DNA of 64,000 nt from Candidatus Bathyarchaeota archaeon (GTDB taxonomy: Archaea; Thermoproteota; Bathyarchaeia; TCS64): positions 36,090 through 100,089 of the forward strand of contig JAOZHO010000050.1 in the NCBI GenBank assembly GCA_026014875.1, given 5' to 3'. The translations under genes were made by a program, and so were the position numbers. This document shows, in pieces, positions 29,350-38,604 of the stretch. The notes below the pieces were generated by a model, which saw nothing but the letters and a program-made list of their open reading frames with translations, was not told the DNA's origin and did not search any database. Numbering within the stretch: the first letter of the stretch is position 1; each line of letters opens with the position of its first letter.

Positions 29350-31057
29350 GATGGGAGACCTGAGGATCAAAGGCGGATACGTCTACGACCCCCTGAACGG
29401 CGTCGACGGGGACGCGATGGACGTCCTCATCAGCGGCGGGAAGGTGGTGGAGAATGTGGGCAGGGACGCGAAGGTCATCGACGCCAAGGGGAAGCTCGTG
29501 ATGGCCGGGGGGGTCGACGTCCACAGCCACATCGCAGGCTCCAAGATCAACATCGGGCGCCTCATGCGCCCCGAGGACCACAGGAAGGACGTGGTCCCCA
29601 GGACCCGGGTGACCCGGGCCGGAGTGGGCTACAGCTGCCCCAGCACATTCGTGGCCGGCTACAGGTACGCCCAGATGGGGTACACGGCGGTTATGGAGGC
29701 CGCGATGCCCCCCCTGGGGGCCCGCCACGTCCACGAGGAGCTCAACGACACACCGATAATCGACAAGACAGCGTTCACCCTCTTCGGTAACAATCACTTC
29801 ACCCTCAAGTACGTCAAGGAGGGCGACCTGGAGAAGCTCAAGGCCTTCATCTCCTGGCTCCTCAGGGCCACGAGGGGCTACGCCGTGAAGATCGTGAACC
29901 CTGGGGGCGTCGAGAACTGGAAGTGGGGCAAGAACGTCGGGGGCCTCGACGACCTGGTCTACAACTACGAGGTCTCCCCGAGGCAGATCGTGACGAGCCT
30001 CGCCCAGGCCAACGAGGAGCTGGGGCTCCCCCACACCATCCACCTCCACTGCAACAACCTGGGGGTCCCCGGGAACTATGAGACCACCATCGACACCATG
30101 GAGGCCGTGAAGGGGATAAAGCCCGCGGACGGCCGGAAGGCGACGGTCCACGTGGCCCACTGCCAGTTCAACTCCCTGGACGGGGACAACTGGATGAACG
30201 TAAAGTCCGGGGCCTCCAAGGTCGCCAAGTACGTCAACGCCAACGAGCACGTCACCATCGATCTGGGTCAGGTCATATTCACGGACACCACGACGATGAC
30301 CGGGGACGGTCCGTGGCAGTTCAGGCTCTGGAACATCACCGGGAACAAGTGGGTGAACAGCGACGTGGAGATGGAGGCCGGCGCCGGCGTCGTCCCCTAC
30401 ACTTTCAGGAAGGACAACCCGGCCAACGCGATCCAGTGGGGCATCGGTTTGGAGCTTGCTCTCCTCATCGAGGACCCGTGGAGGGTCTACATGACCACCG
30501 ACCACCCCAACGGGGGGCCCTTCACATACTACCCGACGGTGATCGCCTGGCTCATGAGCCGCCAGGCCCGCACGGACATCATGAGGGAGATGAACAAGTC
30601 CGTGCTCAGGCGCACCACCCTCCCCAACATCTACAGGGAGTACACCTTCGGCGAGATCGCCACGGTCACCCGGGCGGCCACCGCCAAGGCCCTCGGGCTC
30701 AAGGACAAGGGCCACCTGGGCATAGGCGCCGACGGGGACGTCTCCGTCTACCATCTCGACCCCACGGCCTGGAGGCCCTCCATGTACAGGGACCTCGAGA
30801 AATCATTGGCGAGGGCGGCCTACACCGTCAAGGGGGGCGAGATCGTGGTTAAGGACGGCGAGGTTACTGCCACGCCCCTGGGCTCCACTTTCTGGGTGGA
30901 CTCTAAGGTCCCGGAGAAGCTGGAGGCCGAGATGATGAAGGAGGTCGAGGCGGATTTCGACAAGTACTACACCGTGGGATTCAGGAACTACCCCGTGGAG
31001 GACGCATACCTACCCACGGGGATCCGCGTGGAGGCCAGGGGGAGGTGGGCCCGATGA
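29342..31057 (+). CDS. fwdA: Formylmethanofuran dehydrogenase subunit A (amidohydrolase)
   Basis: DVHSHIAG, KIVNPGG, HLHCNNLG, TTDHPNGGPF. Confidence 0.95.
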   Translation: MREMGDLRIKGGYVYDPLNGVDGDAMDVLISGGKVVENVGRDAKVIDAKGKLVMAGGVDVHSHIAGSKINIGRLMRPEDHRKDVVPRTRVTRAGVGYSCPSTFVAGYRYAQMGYTAVMEAAMPPLGARHVHEELNDTPIIDKTAFTLFGNNHFTLKYVKEGDLEKLKAFISWLLRATRGYAVKIVNPGGVENWKWGKNVGGLDDLVYNYEVSPRQIVTSLAQANEELGLPHTIHLHCNNLGVPGNYETTIDTMEAVKGIKPADGRKATVHVAHCQFNSLDGDNWMNVKSGASKVAKYVNANEHVTIDLGQVIFTDTTTMTGDGPWQFRLWNITGNKWVNSDVEMEAGAGVVPYTFRKDNPANAIQWGIGLELALLIEDPWRVYMTTDHPNGGPFTYYPTVIAWLMSRQARTDIMREMNKSVLRRTTLPNIYREYTFGEIATVTRAATAKALGLKDKGHLGIGADGDVSVYHLDPTAWRPSMYRDLEKSLARAAYTVKGGEIVVKDGEVTATPLGSTFWVDSKVPEKLEAEMMKEVEADFDKYYTVGFRNYPVEDAYLPTGIRVEARGRWAR

Positions 31058-31980
31058 GCTTCATGCTGAACGGCGTAGGCATCGAGGACACATTCGCCGA
31101 GGGCTTCGGGATGTGGGGCGCTAGGATCATCATCACCGCGAAGAACCGGAAATGGGCGAACATCGCCGCGAGGGAGATGACGGGCTTCGCGACCAGCGTC
31201 ATCGCGTGCGACTGCGAGGCCGGGATAGAGCGGGAGGTCCCCCCCGAGGAGACGCCTGACGGGCGCCCCGGGGTCTCTGTGATGGTCTTCGGGTTCTCCA
31301 AGAAGAGGCTCTCGGCGTCGATGCTCAGCAGGATAGGGCAGTGCGTTCTCACCTGTCCCACCACCGCGATATTCAACGGTATCCTCGAGGAGGAGGCCGA
31401 TGACATGCTGGACGTGGGGGCGAGCCTCAGGTTCTTCGGGGACGGCTACCAGGTGAAGATGCGGATGGGGGACGGCTGGGGGGAGCGCCAACGGTTCTGG
31501 AGGATACCCGTGATGGAGGGGGAGTTCCTGGCGGAGGCCAAGTTCGGGGCCGTGAGGGCCGTGGCCGGGGGCAACTTCCTGGTGATGGGGGAGAGCGAGG
31601 ACGCGACCCTCGAGGCATCGGAGAGGGCCGTTGAGGCGATCCGTGAGGTTCCCGGGGTTATTGCACCGTTCCCCGGGGGGATATGCAGGAGCGGTAGCAA
31701 GGTAGGGAGCACTTACGCGTTCCTGAAGGCCTCGACGAACACTCCCTTTTGCCCCTCGATCAAGCACACTTCACCCGACTCCCAGGTCCCCGCCGGGTGC
31801 AACTCGGTCCTCGAGGTGATCCTCAACGGCCTCGACGAGCCCTCGGTTATGAAGGCGATGGCTTCAGGCATCAAGGCTGCAACGGAGGTGGAGGGCGTGA
31901 AATGGGTCACCGCCGTCAACTTCGGCGGGAAGCTCGGCAAGTTCCGGATGGGGCTCAAGGACGCCCTGGGGGTGAAGTAG
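31054..31980 (+). CDS. ftr: Formylmethanofuran:H4MPT formyltransferase
   Basis: IEDTFAEGF, TPDGRPG, RIGQCVLTCPTT, GSKVGS, NFGGKLG; ATG 31054 overlaps the fwdA stop. Confidence 0.95.
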   Translation: MSFMLNGVGIEDTFAEGFGMWGARIIITAKNRKWANIAAREMTGFATSVIACDCEAGIEREVPPEETPDGRPGVSVMVFGFSKKRLSASMLSRIGQCVLTCPTTAIFNGILEEEADDMLDVGASLRFFGDGYQVKMRMGDGWGERQRFWRIPVMEGEFLAEAKFGAVRAVAGGNFLVMGESEDATLEASERAVEAIREVPGVIAPFPGGICRSGSKVGSTYAFLKASTNTPFCPSIKHTSPDSQVPAGCNSVLEVILNGLDEPSVMKAMASGIKAATEVEGVKWVTAVNFGGKLGKFRMGLKDALGVK

Positions 31981-32820
31981 ATGAAGGAGCTGATGCTCAC
32001 GCCGAAGAAGCTCCCGGACCTGCCCCTGGAAGCCGAGGCCATCACTCCCGACTCAGTGGCCGGGAAGACCCTCAAGGAGGTCAAGTCCCTCCCCGTCTAC
32101 GTCGGCAACACGGTGCAAAAGCTCGGGGACTATTTCGATGTGAAGGGCGAGACCGCCGAAACCCCGTCCGACCAGCTCGTCGCCATCCAGGGAGAGTGCG
32201 GGAACGTCAAGTACATCGGGGCGGGCATGACCGCCGGCCGCCTCATCGTGGAGGGCTGCGTCGGGATGCACGCCGGGGCCGAGATGGAGGGTGGAGAGCT
32301 CAGCATCACGGGTTCCGCATCCAACTGGGCCGGGGCCGAGATGAAGGGAGGCCTCCTGCGCATCCAAGGAGATGCAGGCCACCAGCTCGGCGCCGCCTAC
32401 CGGGGGAGCCCCGAGGGGATGACAGGGGGAGTCATCGTGGTCGGAGGAGACGTAGGTCTCGAGGCCGGGGCCTTCATGCGCCGAGGGATGCTCATCATCC
32501 AGGGGGACGCGGATTCCTTCCTGGGAGTTCACATGAACGGGGGCGAGATATTCGTCTTCGGGAATGTCGCGAGGAGGCTCGGGGCCGAGGCGAAGGGGAA
32601 CGGGGGATTCATCGCCTGCTTCGGAGGGGTCGAGTCCATCCTGCCCACCTACGTCTACGACACCACCTTCCGCCCCGACTTTTTGAAGCTCTACCTCCGG
32701 CAGCTCCGGGACCAGCTCGGTGTCGAGGCCGCAGGGGAGTACCTCGATGCCTCCTTCAGGAGGTACCGGGGGGACATCGCCGTGGGCGGGACCGCGGAGA
32801 TATTGATAGCCGAACCATGA
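31981..32820 (+). CDS. fwdC: Formylmethanofuran dehydrogenase subunit C
   Basis: GXGXG beta-helix repeats (GAGMTAG, GAEMEGG, GAFMRRG). Confidence 0.93.
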   Translation: MKELMLTPKKLPDLPLEAEAITPDSVAGKTLKEVKSLPVYVGNTVQKLGDYFDVKGETAETPSDQLVAIQGECGNVKYIGAGMTAGRLIVEGCVGMHAGAEMEGGELSITGSASNWAGAEMKGGLLRIQGDAGHQLGAAYRGSPEGMTGGVIVVGGDVGLEAGAFMRRGMLIIQGDADSFLGVHMNGGEIFVFGNVARRLGAEAKGNGGFIACFGGVESILPTYVYDTTFRPDFLKLYLRQLRDQLGVEAAGEYLDASFRRYRGDIAVGGTAEILIAEP

Positions 32821-32832
32821 GCGGATGATAGA

Positions 32833-33711
32833 TTGAAGGTAGGAATAGTCGCGTCGGACCGCAAGGAGTGGCACGTCGAGAGGCTCAACGCAGAGTTCAA
32901 AGCTAGGGGCGCCGAGGTCTACGTCCTCCCCGCCACCCGGTTCCGCTCCGGGGTCGGGCTGGAGCCGAGGCTCTCGGTGCGGGGCTACCCTATCGACGAC
33001 TATGACGCAGTTATTGTAAGGAAGATCCCCGGGGGCACCGCGGAGAGGGTCTTCTACAGGATGGACGCCCTCCACCGCCTCAAAGACCTCGGGGTCTACG
33101 TCCTCAACCCCCCCGACTCCATCGAGGTCGCCGTGGACAAGTACTACACCTCTGCCCGCCTCGAGGACGCAGGCATCAATACCCCCCGTACCGTGGTGAC
33201 CGAGAGGTTCGACGAGGCCATGAAGGCCTACGAGGAACTGGGGGGAGACGTCGTGGTGAAGCCCCTCTTCGGGAGCCTCGGAATGGGGATGAGCCGGATC
33301 AGCGACGATGACATCGCCTACCGCATCTTCAGGGCCCTCGAGATGACCCAGGGGGTCTACTACATTCAGGAGTACATCCCCCACGGGAACAGGGACCTCA
33401 GGGCCTTCGTCATCGGGGATGAGGTGGTGGCCTCCATGATGAGGACCGCCGACGACTGGAAGACCAACCTCTCCGCGGGAGGGAAGGCTGAACCCTACGA
33501 CCTCGAGGAGGAGCTGGCGGAGCTCAGCATCGAGGCGACCGCCGCGATAGGCCTCGAGTACTCGGGCGTCGACATCCTCCGCTCCGAGGACGACGGCGAA
33601 GCCTACGTCATCGAGCTCAACAGCACACCGGGGTGGCAGGGGCTTCAATCCGTCACGGAGAAGGACATCACCGCACTGGTCGTGGATTTCCTTCTGTCTA
33701 AAATAGGGTAG
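32833..33711 (+). CDS. RimK-family ATP-grasp ligase, probably H4MPT:alpha-L-glutamate ligase (MptN/Orf5-like)
   Basis: DKY, VVKPLFGSLGMG, QEYIP, WKTNLSAGG, GVDIL, ELNSTPG; coupled to the fwd operon. Confidence 0.85.
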   Translation: MKVGIVASDRKEWHVERLNAEFKARGAEVYVLPATRFRSGVGLEPRLSVRGYPIDDYDAVIVRKIPGGTAERVFYRMDALHRLKDLGVYVLNPPDSIEVAVDKYYTSARLEDAGINTPRTVVTERFDEAMKAYEELGGDVVVKPLFGSLGMGMSRISDDDIAYRIFRALEMTQGVYYIQEYIPHGNRDLRAFVIGDEVVASMMRTADDWKTNLSAGGKAEPYDLEEELAELSIEATAAIGLEYSGVDILRSEDDGEAYVIELNSTPGWQGLQSVTEKDITALVVDFLLSKIG

Positions 33712-33754
33712 GAAGCCCGTCAGGCTCCGGAAACCGCCTCTGAGCGCTTATCGA

Positions 33755-34564
33755 CTATTTCCTGACGAACTTCTGGATCCGCTGACCCTCGAGAACCTCC
33801 CCCACGTAGAGGCTGCCCTCGGAGTCGGTCCAGGTGCAGTGGGGGGCGTAGAAGAGACCCGGCTCCTTGCTCCTCTCATCCCCGATGCGGGCGAGGACCT
33901 CCCCGTCGAGGTTGAGGATGCTCACCCTCCCCTGGAGCTCGGGGACGTAGACGATGCCCGCCTCGTCGATGGATAGGTCGCATGGCTGCTTGAAGCCCCC
34001 CCACTCATCGATGTACTCCCCGTCGGGGGTGAATATCTGGATCCTGTGGTTCTGCCGGTCGGCGACGTAGACCTTCCCCCCTCTGACCCAGATGCCGTGG
34101 GGGAGGTTGAACTGGCCGGGGCCCTCCCCGGGCTCCCCCCAGGAGAAGAGGAGCTCCCCTTCGGGGGAGAACCTGTGGACCCGGTTGTTCCCGTAGCCGT
34201 CGGAGACGTAGATGCCCCCGTCGGGGGCGAGGGCGACGTCGGTGGGGAGGTTGAAGGGCTCCCCGTCGGCGGCCTGGTCCACGTTCCCGATGGTCATGAG
34301 GAGCTCCCCGTCGGCGGTGAACTTCCAGAGGACGTGGCGGTCCCTGTCGACGCAGTAGATGTGGTCCTTCTCGTCGATGTAGGCCCCGTGGGCGTTCCGG
34401 AACATCCCCTCACCCCAGGACCCGATGAAGGACCCGTCCTTCTCGTAGACGATGATGGGGTGCTCCCCCCTGTTGAGGACGTAGACCCTGTCCCTGGAGT
34501 CGACGGTCACCCCGGCGACCTGGGTGTAGACCCATCCCTCGGGGAGTTTGTCCCAGCCCTTCAC
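33755..34564 (-). CDS. NHL-repeat beta-propeller protein (peptidyl-hydroxyglycine amidating lyase-like)
   Basis: Repeated FNLPTDVAL / FNLPHGI / YVADRQNHRIQIF motifs. Confidence 0.88.
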   Translation of the reverse strand: MKGWDKLPEGWVYTQVAGVTVDSRDRVYVLNRGEHPIIVYEKDGSFIGSWGEGMFRNAHGAYIDEKDHIYCVDRDRHVLWKFTADGELLMTIGNVDQAADGEPFNLPTDVALAPDGGIYVSDGYGNNRVHRFSPEGELLFSWGEPGEGPGQFNLPHGIWVRGGKVYVADRQNHRIQIFTPDGEYIDEWGGFKQPCDLSIDEAGIVYVPELQGRVSILNLDGEVLARIGDERSKEPGLFYAPHCTWTDSEGSLYVGEVLEGQRIQKFVRK

Positions 34565-34689
34565 GACCTCGTACTCGATTTGATCCTTTAAAACTGAAAC
34601 CTCACATCCTCGTATTCCCTTTGATACTTAGAATTATCGAGTCGCCTAGGACCAGTGGGCTTAATCGTCCCTGAGGGTAGCTTTTTAGC

Positions 34690-34872
34690 ATGTATCTCTC
34701 GTTCCGGGGGTTCCTCATCTTCTGCTTCGGCGTCTTCCTGTTCACCCTCCTCGTGGTCTACTGGGACGTCCTCCAGCGGGGAAATTACGCCAGATCCCTG
34801 GGATCTCAGGGCTTCGCCTTCCTGGCGATGATCGCAGTGGGGGCCGCCGCAGTCTGGAAGTTCAGGAAATAA
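34690..34872 (+). CDS. Small two-TM membrane protein
   Basis: 60 aa, two hydrophobic helices, host-like codons. Confidence 0.55.
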   Translation: MYLSFRGFLIFCFGVFLFTLLVVYWDVLQRGNYARSLGSQGFAFLAMIAVGAAAVWKFRK

Positions 34873-35122
34873 TGAGATTTGCGCGCGAGGTGTCGCCTTC
34901 AAGAGGTGGGTCCGGCGGACAACGTTTAACTCGCGCGCATCGGGTCTCGGTGGACCCGCTATTTATCTTCCATGAAGGTTTGAGACCTGTCATAGATACG
35001 TATCGTAAATACCCCAAATCAATACCGGGAGTATAGATTTTCCACCCATGATGGCTTCGCCTCGACAAAATGAATAAAGGCTTACAAACTCGGCGAGGCT
35101 AGATCGGTAACGAGGGACCATC

Positions 35123-36112
35123 GTGAAGCGCGTCGAGATGCTCTATCTCTCCCAGGAGGAGATCCTGGACCTGGGGATCGGCCTCGGGGAGGTCATCACT
35201 CTAATCGAGAAGGGGCTGTATGAGCACGGGAAGGGGCGGGTGGAGAACCCCCCGAAGCCGGGGATCCACTCCAGGTCGGATGCTTTCATCCACGCTATGC
35301 CCGCCTACTTCGAAGGGCTCGGGATAGGGGGGCTGAAGTGGGTGAGCGGATACCCGTCGAACAGGGCGCGGGGCCTCCCCCAGATCCTCGGGGTGATGAT
35401 CGTCAACGACATGGAGACCGGGGTGCCCCTCGCCGTGATGGACTGCAGATGGATCACCGCCGTCCGCACCGCCGCCGTAACGGCTGTGACCGCCAAATTC
35501 TGCGCCAGGGACGACTCGGAGATCCTGGGGGTGGTGGGCTGCGGCGTCCAGGGGAGGATGAATCTCCTCGCCCTCAAGGAGACGGTGCCCGGCCTCAGCC
35601 GCGTCAAGGTCTTCGACATCAACAGGGCTGCGATGGAACGCTACAGGGACGACCTCTCCGAGAAGGCAGGCGTGGATATCGAGATCTGCGGGAGCGTCCG
35701 GGAGGTGGCCCGGGGCTCGGACATCCTCCTCACCGCGACCCAGAGGCTCGAGGAGCCCCTCGTCAGGGACGAGTGGTTCGAGCCCGGGTGCCTCGGCTTC
35801 GGGATAGAGGCGAGTCGGGCTTGGTACGGGGACGCCATCCTGGGGGCCGACAAGTTCATCACGGACAGCTGGGACCAGACAGTCCATTACACCGAGCAGG
35901 GAGCGTTCCCGGACGGGTTGCCCGAGCTCCACGCCGAGCTGGGGGAGGTGGTCAGCGGCTCGAAGCCCGGGAGGGAGAACCCCCGGGAGAGGATCCTCGC
36001 CATCAACATCGGCCTCGCCCTCGAGGACGTGATCCTCGCAAACAGGATCTACGAGATCGCCTCCGAGGGGAGCGGCTACCAGAAGTTGACGCTTATGGAG
36101 AGGGACTTTTAA
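35123..36112 (+). CDS. Ornithine cyclodeaminase / mu-crystallin / alanine dehydrogenase family
   Basis: HAMPA, GLKWV, ITAVRTAA, GCGVQG Rossmann motif, GLALED. Confidence 0.88.
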   Translation: MKRVEMLYLSQEEILDLGIGLGEVITLIEKGLYEHGKGRVENPPKPGIHSRSDAFIHAMPAYFEGLGIGGLKWVSGYPSNRARGLPQILGVMIVNDMETGVPLAVMDCRWITAVRTAAVTAVTAKFCARDDSEILGVVGCGVQGRMNLLALKETVPGLSRVKVFDINRAAMERYRDDLSEKAGVDIEICGSVREVARGSDILLTATQRLEEPLVRDEWFEPGCLGFGIEASRAWYGDAILGADKFITDSWDQTVHYTEQGAFPDGLPELHAELGEVVSGSKPGRENPRERILAINIGLALEDVILANRIYEIASEGSGYQKLTLMERDF

Positions 36113-36270
36113 CCCTCAATATTCCATAGTGTTCAGTCTTTCCTTCGCGCCTCGCGCGCGAGGCCACCGAGATCGCCTCCATGATCGGAATGTACAGGGA
36201 CATCACCGAGCCCGGGGAGTACATCGACTGGGGATAAAGGCGTGCACCCCGTGATATTTGAGATCGGGGG

Positions 36271-37440
36271 CTACGTGTGGAACTGGACGACGTCGCCGTC
36301 CTGGAGGACGTGGTCGATGCCCACCCTCCCGCTCTCGAAAATCGCGCTGGGCCCCCTGATGCGGGCGTACTTGAACCTCTCGTAGAAGTCGCTGTGGATG
36401 ATCTTCGCGAGGTCCCCCACGTTCATTCCTTGGTGCCCCACGATGGGCGCCACCGCCGCCGGCTTACCCGGCTGCTTGGTGTAAACCCGGATGATTCCGA
36501 GGAGCTCGAAGAGTTTGGCGCCTAATTTCTCTCTGAGGTGCCCCGGGTTCTCGGCCGAGATCACCATTATCTCCAGGGGGGCGGCGGAGGCCCTCACGCT
36601 CTCGATGACGGCGGGGTCTGATGAGATGTCCGCTTTGTTGGCGATGACCAGTGTGGGCCTGTAGACGGCGTTCCCGAACATGGCGTCTTCCACGATGTCC
36701 ATGGTCACCCTGCCCCTTATCCTGACCAACGCGGAGCGGATCTTGTATTCCCTCAGGAGGCCGGCTATGTCGTCGGTGGTGCAGCCGTCGAGCTCCCCCT
36801 CCCAGATGAACTGGAGGTTGGAGCCGTGCCCCCTCCGGATCACCTCCACCTCCCCCTGGGGCTCCGCCGTGAGGACCCGGGAGTTCTCGAGTTCCCTGGT
36901 CACCGTGAGGAGGTTGCCCCCGGGGTCGTCCGTGAGGTCGACGAGGATGATGAGGCCGTCGGAGTTCCTGGCGGCGCTGAGGACCTGGAACCCGTCGGAT
37001 CTGCCCTCCGAGCTCCCCTCCACGATGGGGGGCACCTCCACGAGCTGGAACTGGATGTCCTTGTAGGGGAGCATCCCCGGGGTGGGGACCCGGGTCGAGA
37101 AGGGCCACGGGGCGGGCTCCACCGAGGAGTTGGTCACCGCCTTGAGGAGGCTGCTCCTGCCAGCGTTGGTGGGTCCCACGACGGCGACCTGGGCGGCCCC
37201 CGCCTTCTCTATGAAGTAGGAGGGCCCGCTCCGCCTCTTCGCCGCCTTCTTCTTCTCCTCGATCTCGTCCCGGAGCTGGGCCATCTGGCGTTTGACCTGG
37301 GAGCACATCTTGTCCGTGCCCTTGTGCTTGGGCACCAGGGACATGAACTCCCCCATGAGCTTGAGGCGGGTCTCGGGGTTCCGGGTCTGGGTCACCTCGT
37401 CCCACTTCGACTTGGCGTCGGGGGGCAAGTTGGTGACCAT
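36271..37440 (-). CDS. drg: DRG/OBG-family GTPase with TGS domain
   Basis: TNLPP N-terminus, PKHKGT, GPTNAGRSS, ANKAD, C-terminal TGS (DHVLQDGDVV). Confidence 0.88.
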   Translation of the reverse strand: MVTNLPPDAKSKWDEVTQTRNPETRLKLMGEFMSLVPKHKGTDKMCSQVKRQMAQLRDEIEEKKKAAKRRSGPSYFIEKAGAAQVAVVGPTNAGRSSLLKAVTNSSVEPAPWPFSTRVPTPGMLPYKDIQFQLVEVPPIVEGSSEGRSDGFQVLSAARNSDGLIILVDLTDDPGGNLLTVTRELENSRVLTAEPQGEVEVIRRGHGSNLQFIWEGELDGCTTDDIAGLLREYKIRSALVRIRGRVTMDIVEDAMFGNAVYRPTLVIANKADISSDPAVIESVRASAAPLEIMVISAENPGHLREKLGAKLFELLGIIRVYTKQPGKPAAVAPIVGHQGMNVGDLAKIIHSDFYERFKYARIRGPSAIFESGRVGIDHVLQDGDVVQFHT

Positions 37441-37536
37441 CTAGATACCCGTGATTATCTGTTAGCTGGATAATAAAATCGCTTTGGGTCCCCCGGCGCT
37501 AAGCTTATCGGGAGGTAGGGGAAACCGGATCTGAGC

Positions 37537-38559
37537 ATGGAGAGGCCTAAGGACAGGGACTTCGTGGAGACCGTGGAGGGTCTCCTCTTCTGCGTGGTGG
37601 GATACCTCCATCCCCCCGACCGGGTCACCGCTTATCTGAAGTATGTCCCGGACGCCGAGGGCAAGTGGAGGCGGGGAGAGGTCTCCTACGCCAGGGTGAT
37701 ACCCTACTACCACGTGTCCCAGGTCGAGAACACATATGGATTCCTCGGGGAGAGGCACCCGGAGTACCTCTATGACTGCCCCGTCCGGAACATCACGGTC
37801 TCCTCCGTGCCGAGAGACCGCGTCAAAGCATATTACCGGCCCAGGGAACGCCTTGAATCCATCATGAAAGACCCAGGTGACGAGCTCGAGTCCAAGCTCC
37901 GGGACCTCGTCGCCCTCCTTTCGGGCTTGGCGGGTCTCGACATGAAGGACTTTGGGGTGACGGGCTCCATCCTCACGGCTAGCCACAGCCTCGACTTCTC
38001 GGACATCGATCTCACCGTGTATGGCCGGGAGGCTTCCAAGGCTCTCAGGGAGGCCCTCAGGGAGACGAGGAGGAGCGACGGGGTGATCCAGCCCTTCACC
38101 GCCTCGAAGCGGGAGGCGTGGAGCCGCAGCAGGCAGGGGAGGTTCCCCCTGGGATTCGGGGAGCTGATGGAGTTCGCCGAGAGGAGGTGGAACTACGGGG
38201 TGTACATGGACACATACTTCTCCGTCCACCCCGTCAGGACGGACCCCGAGATCATCGAGGAGTACGGGGAGAGCAGCTACAAATCCATCGGGAGCGTGAG
38301 GGGTAGCGCCACGGTCGCCGACGCCTCGGAGGCCATCTACCTCCCCGCCGTCTATGGGTTGGAGGATGTTGAGACGGATTCCGGGCATGATGTCATTGAG
38401 GTTGCCTCCTATGAGGGATTGTACTCTGATATGTTCGATGTGGGGGAGAGGATTGAGTTCAGCGGCATCCTGGAGCGGGTCGAGGGGAGGAGGGGCATTC
38501 ACCGTGTCGTGGTGGGGGGGGCGGGCTCTGAGCCCAGCTACATCAAGCGTTTTGTCTGA
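37537..38559 (+). CDS. Predicted nucleotidyltransferase (COG1665-like)
   Basis: GVTGSIL...SDIDLTVYG pol-beta motif; HPPDRVTAYLKY. Confidence 0.8.
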   Translation: MERPKDRDFVETVEGLLFCVVGYLHPPDRVTAYLKYVPDAEGKWRRGEVSYARVIPYYHVSQVENTYGFLGERHPEYLYDCPVRNITVSSVPRDRVKAYYRPRERLESIMKDPGDELESKLRDLVALLSGLAGLDMKDFGVTGSILTASHSLDFSDIDLTVYGREASKALREALRETRRSDGVIQPFTASKREAWSRSRQGRFPLGFGELMEFAERRWNYGVYMDTYFSVHPVRTDPEIIEEYGESSYKSIGSVRGSATVADASEAIYLPAVYGLEDVETDSGHDVIEVASYEGLYSDMFDVGERIEFSGILERVEGRRGIHRVVVGGAGSEPSYIKRFV

Positions 38560-38604
38560 TCGTCAGCTATAGTTTTTAACGTCGCCGTCGAGTACCCTAC
38601 GAAG

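Noticed and set aside
23679-33711. Evidence for methanogenesis
   Set aside because: mch/fwd/ftr are also used in archaeal Wood-Ljungdahl and C1 oxidation; no mcr or mtr in the window
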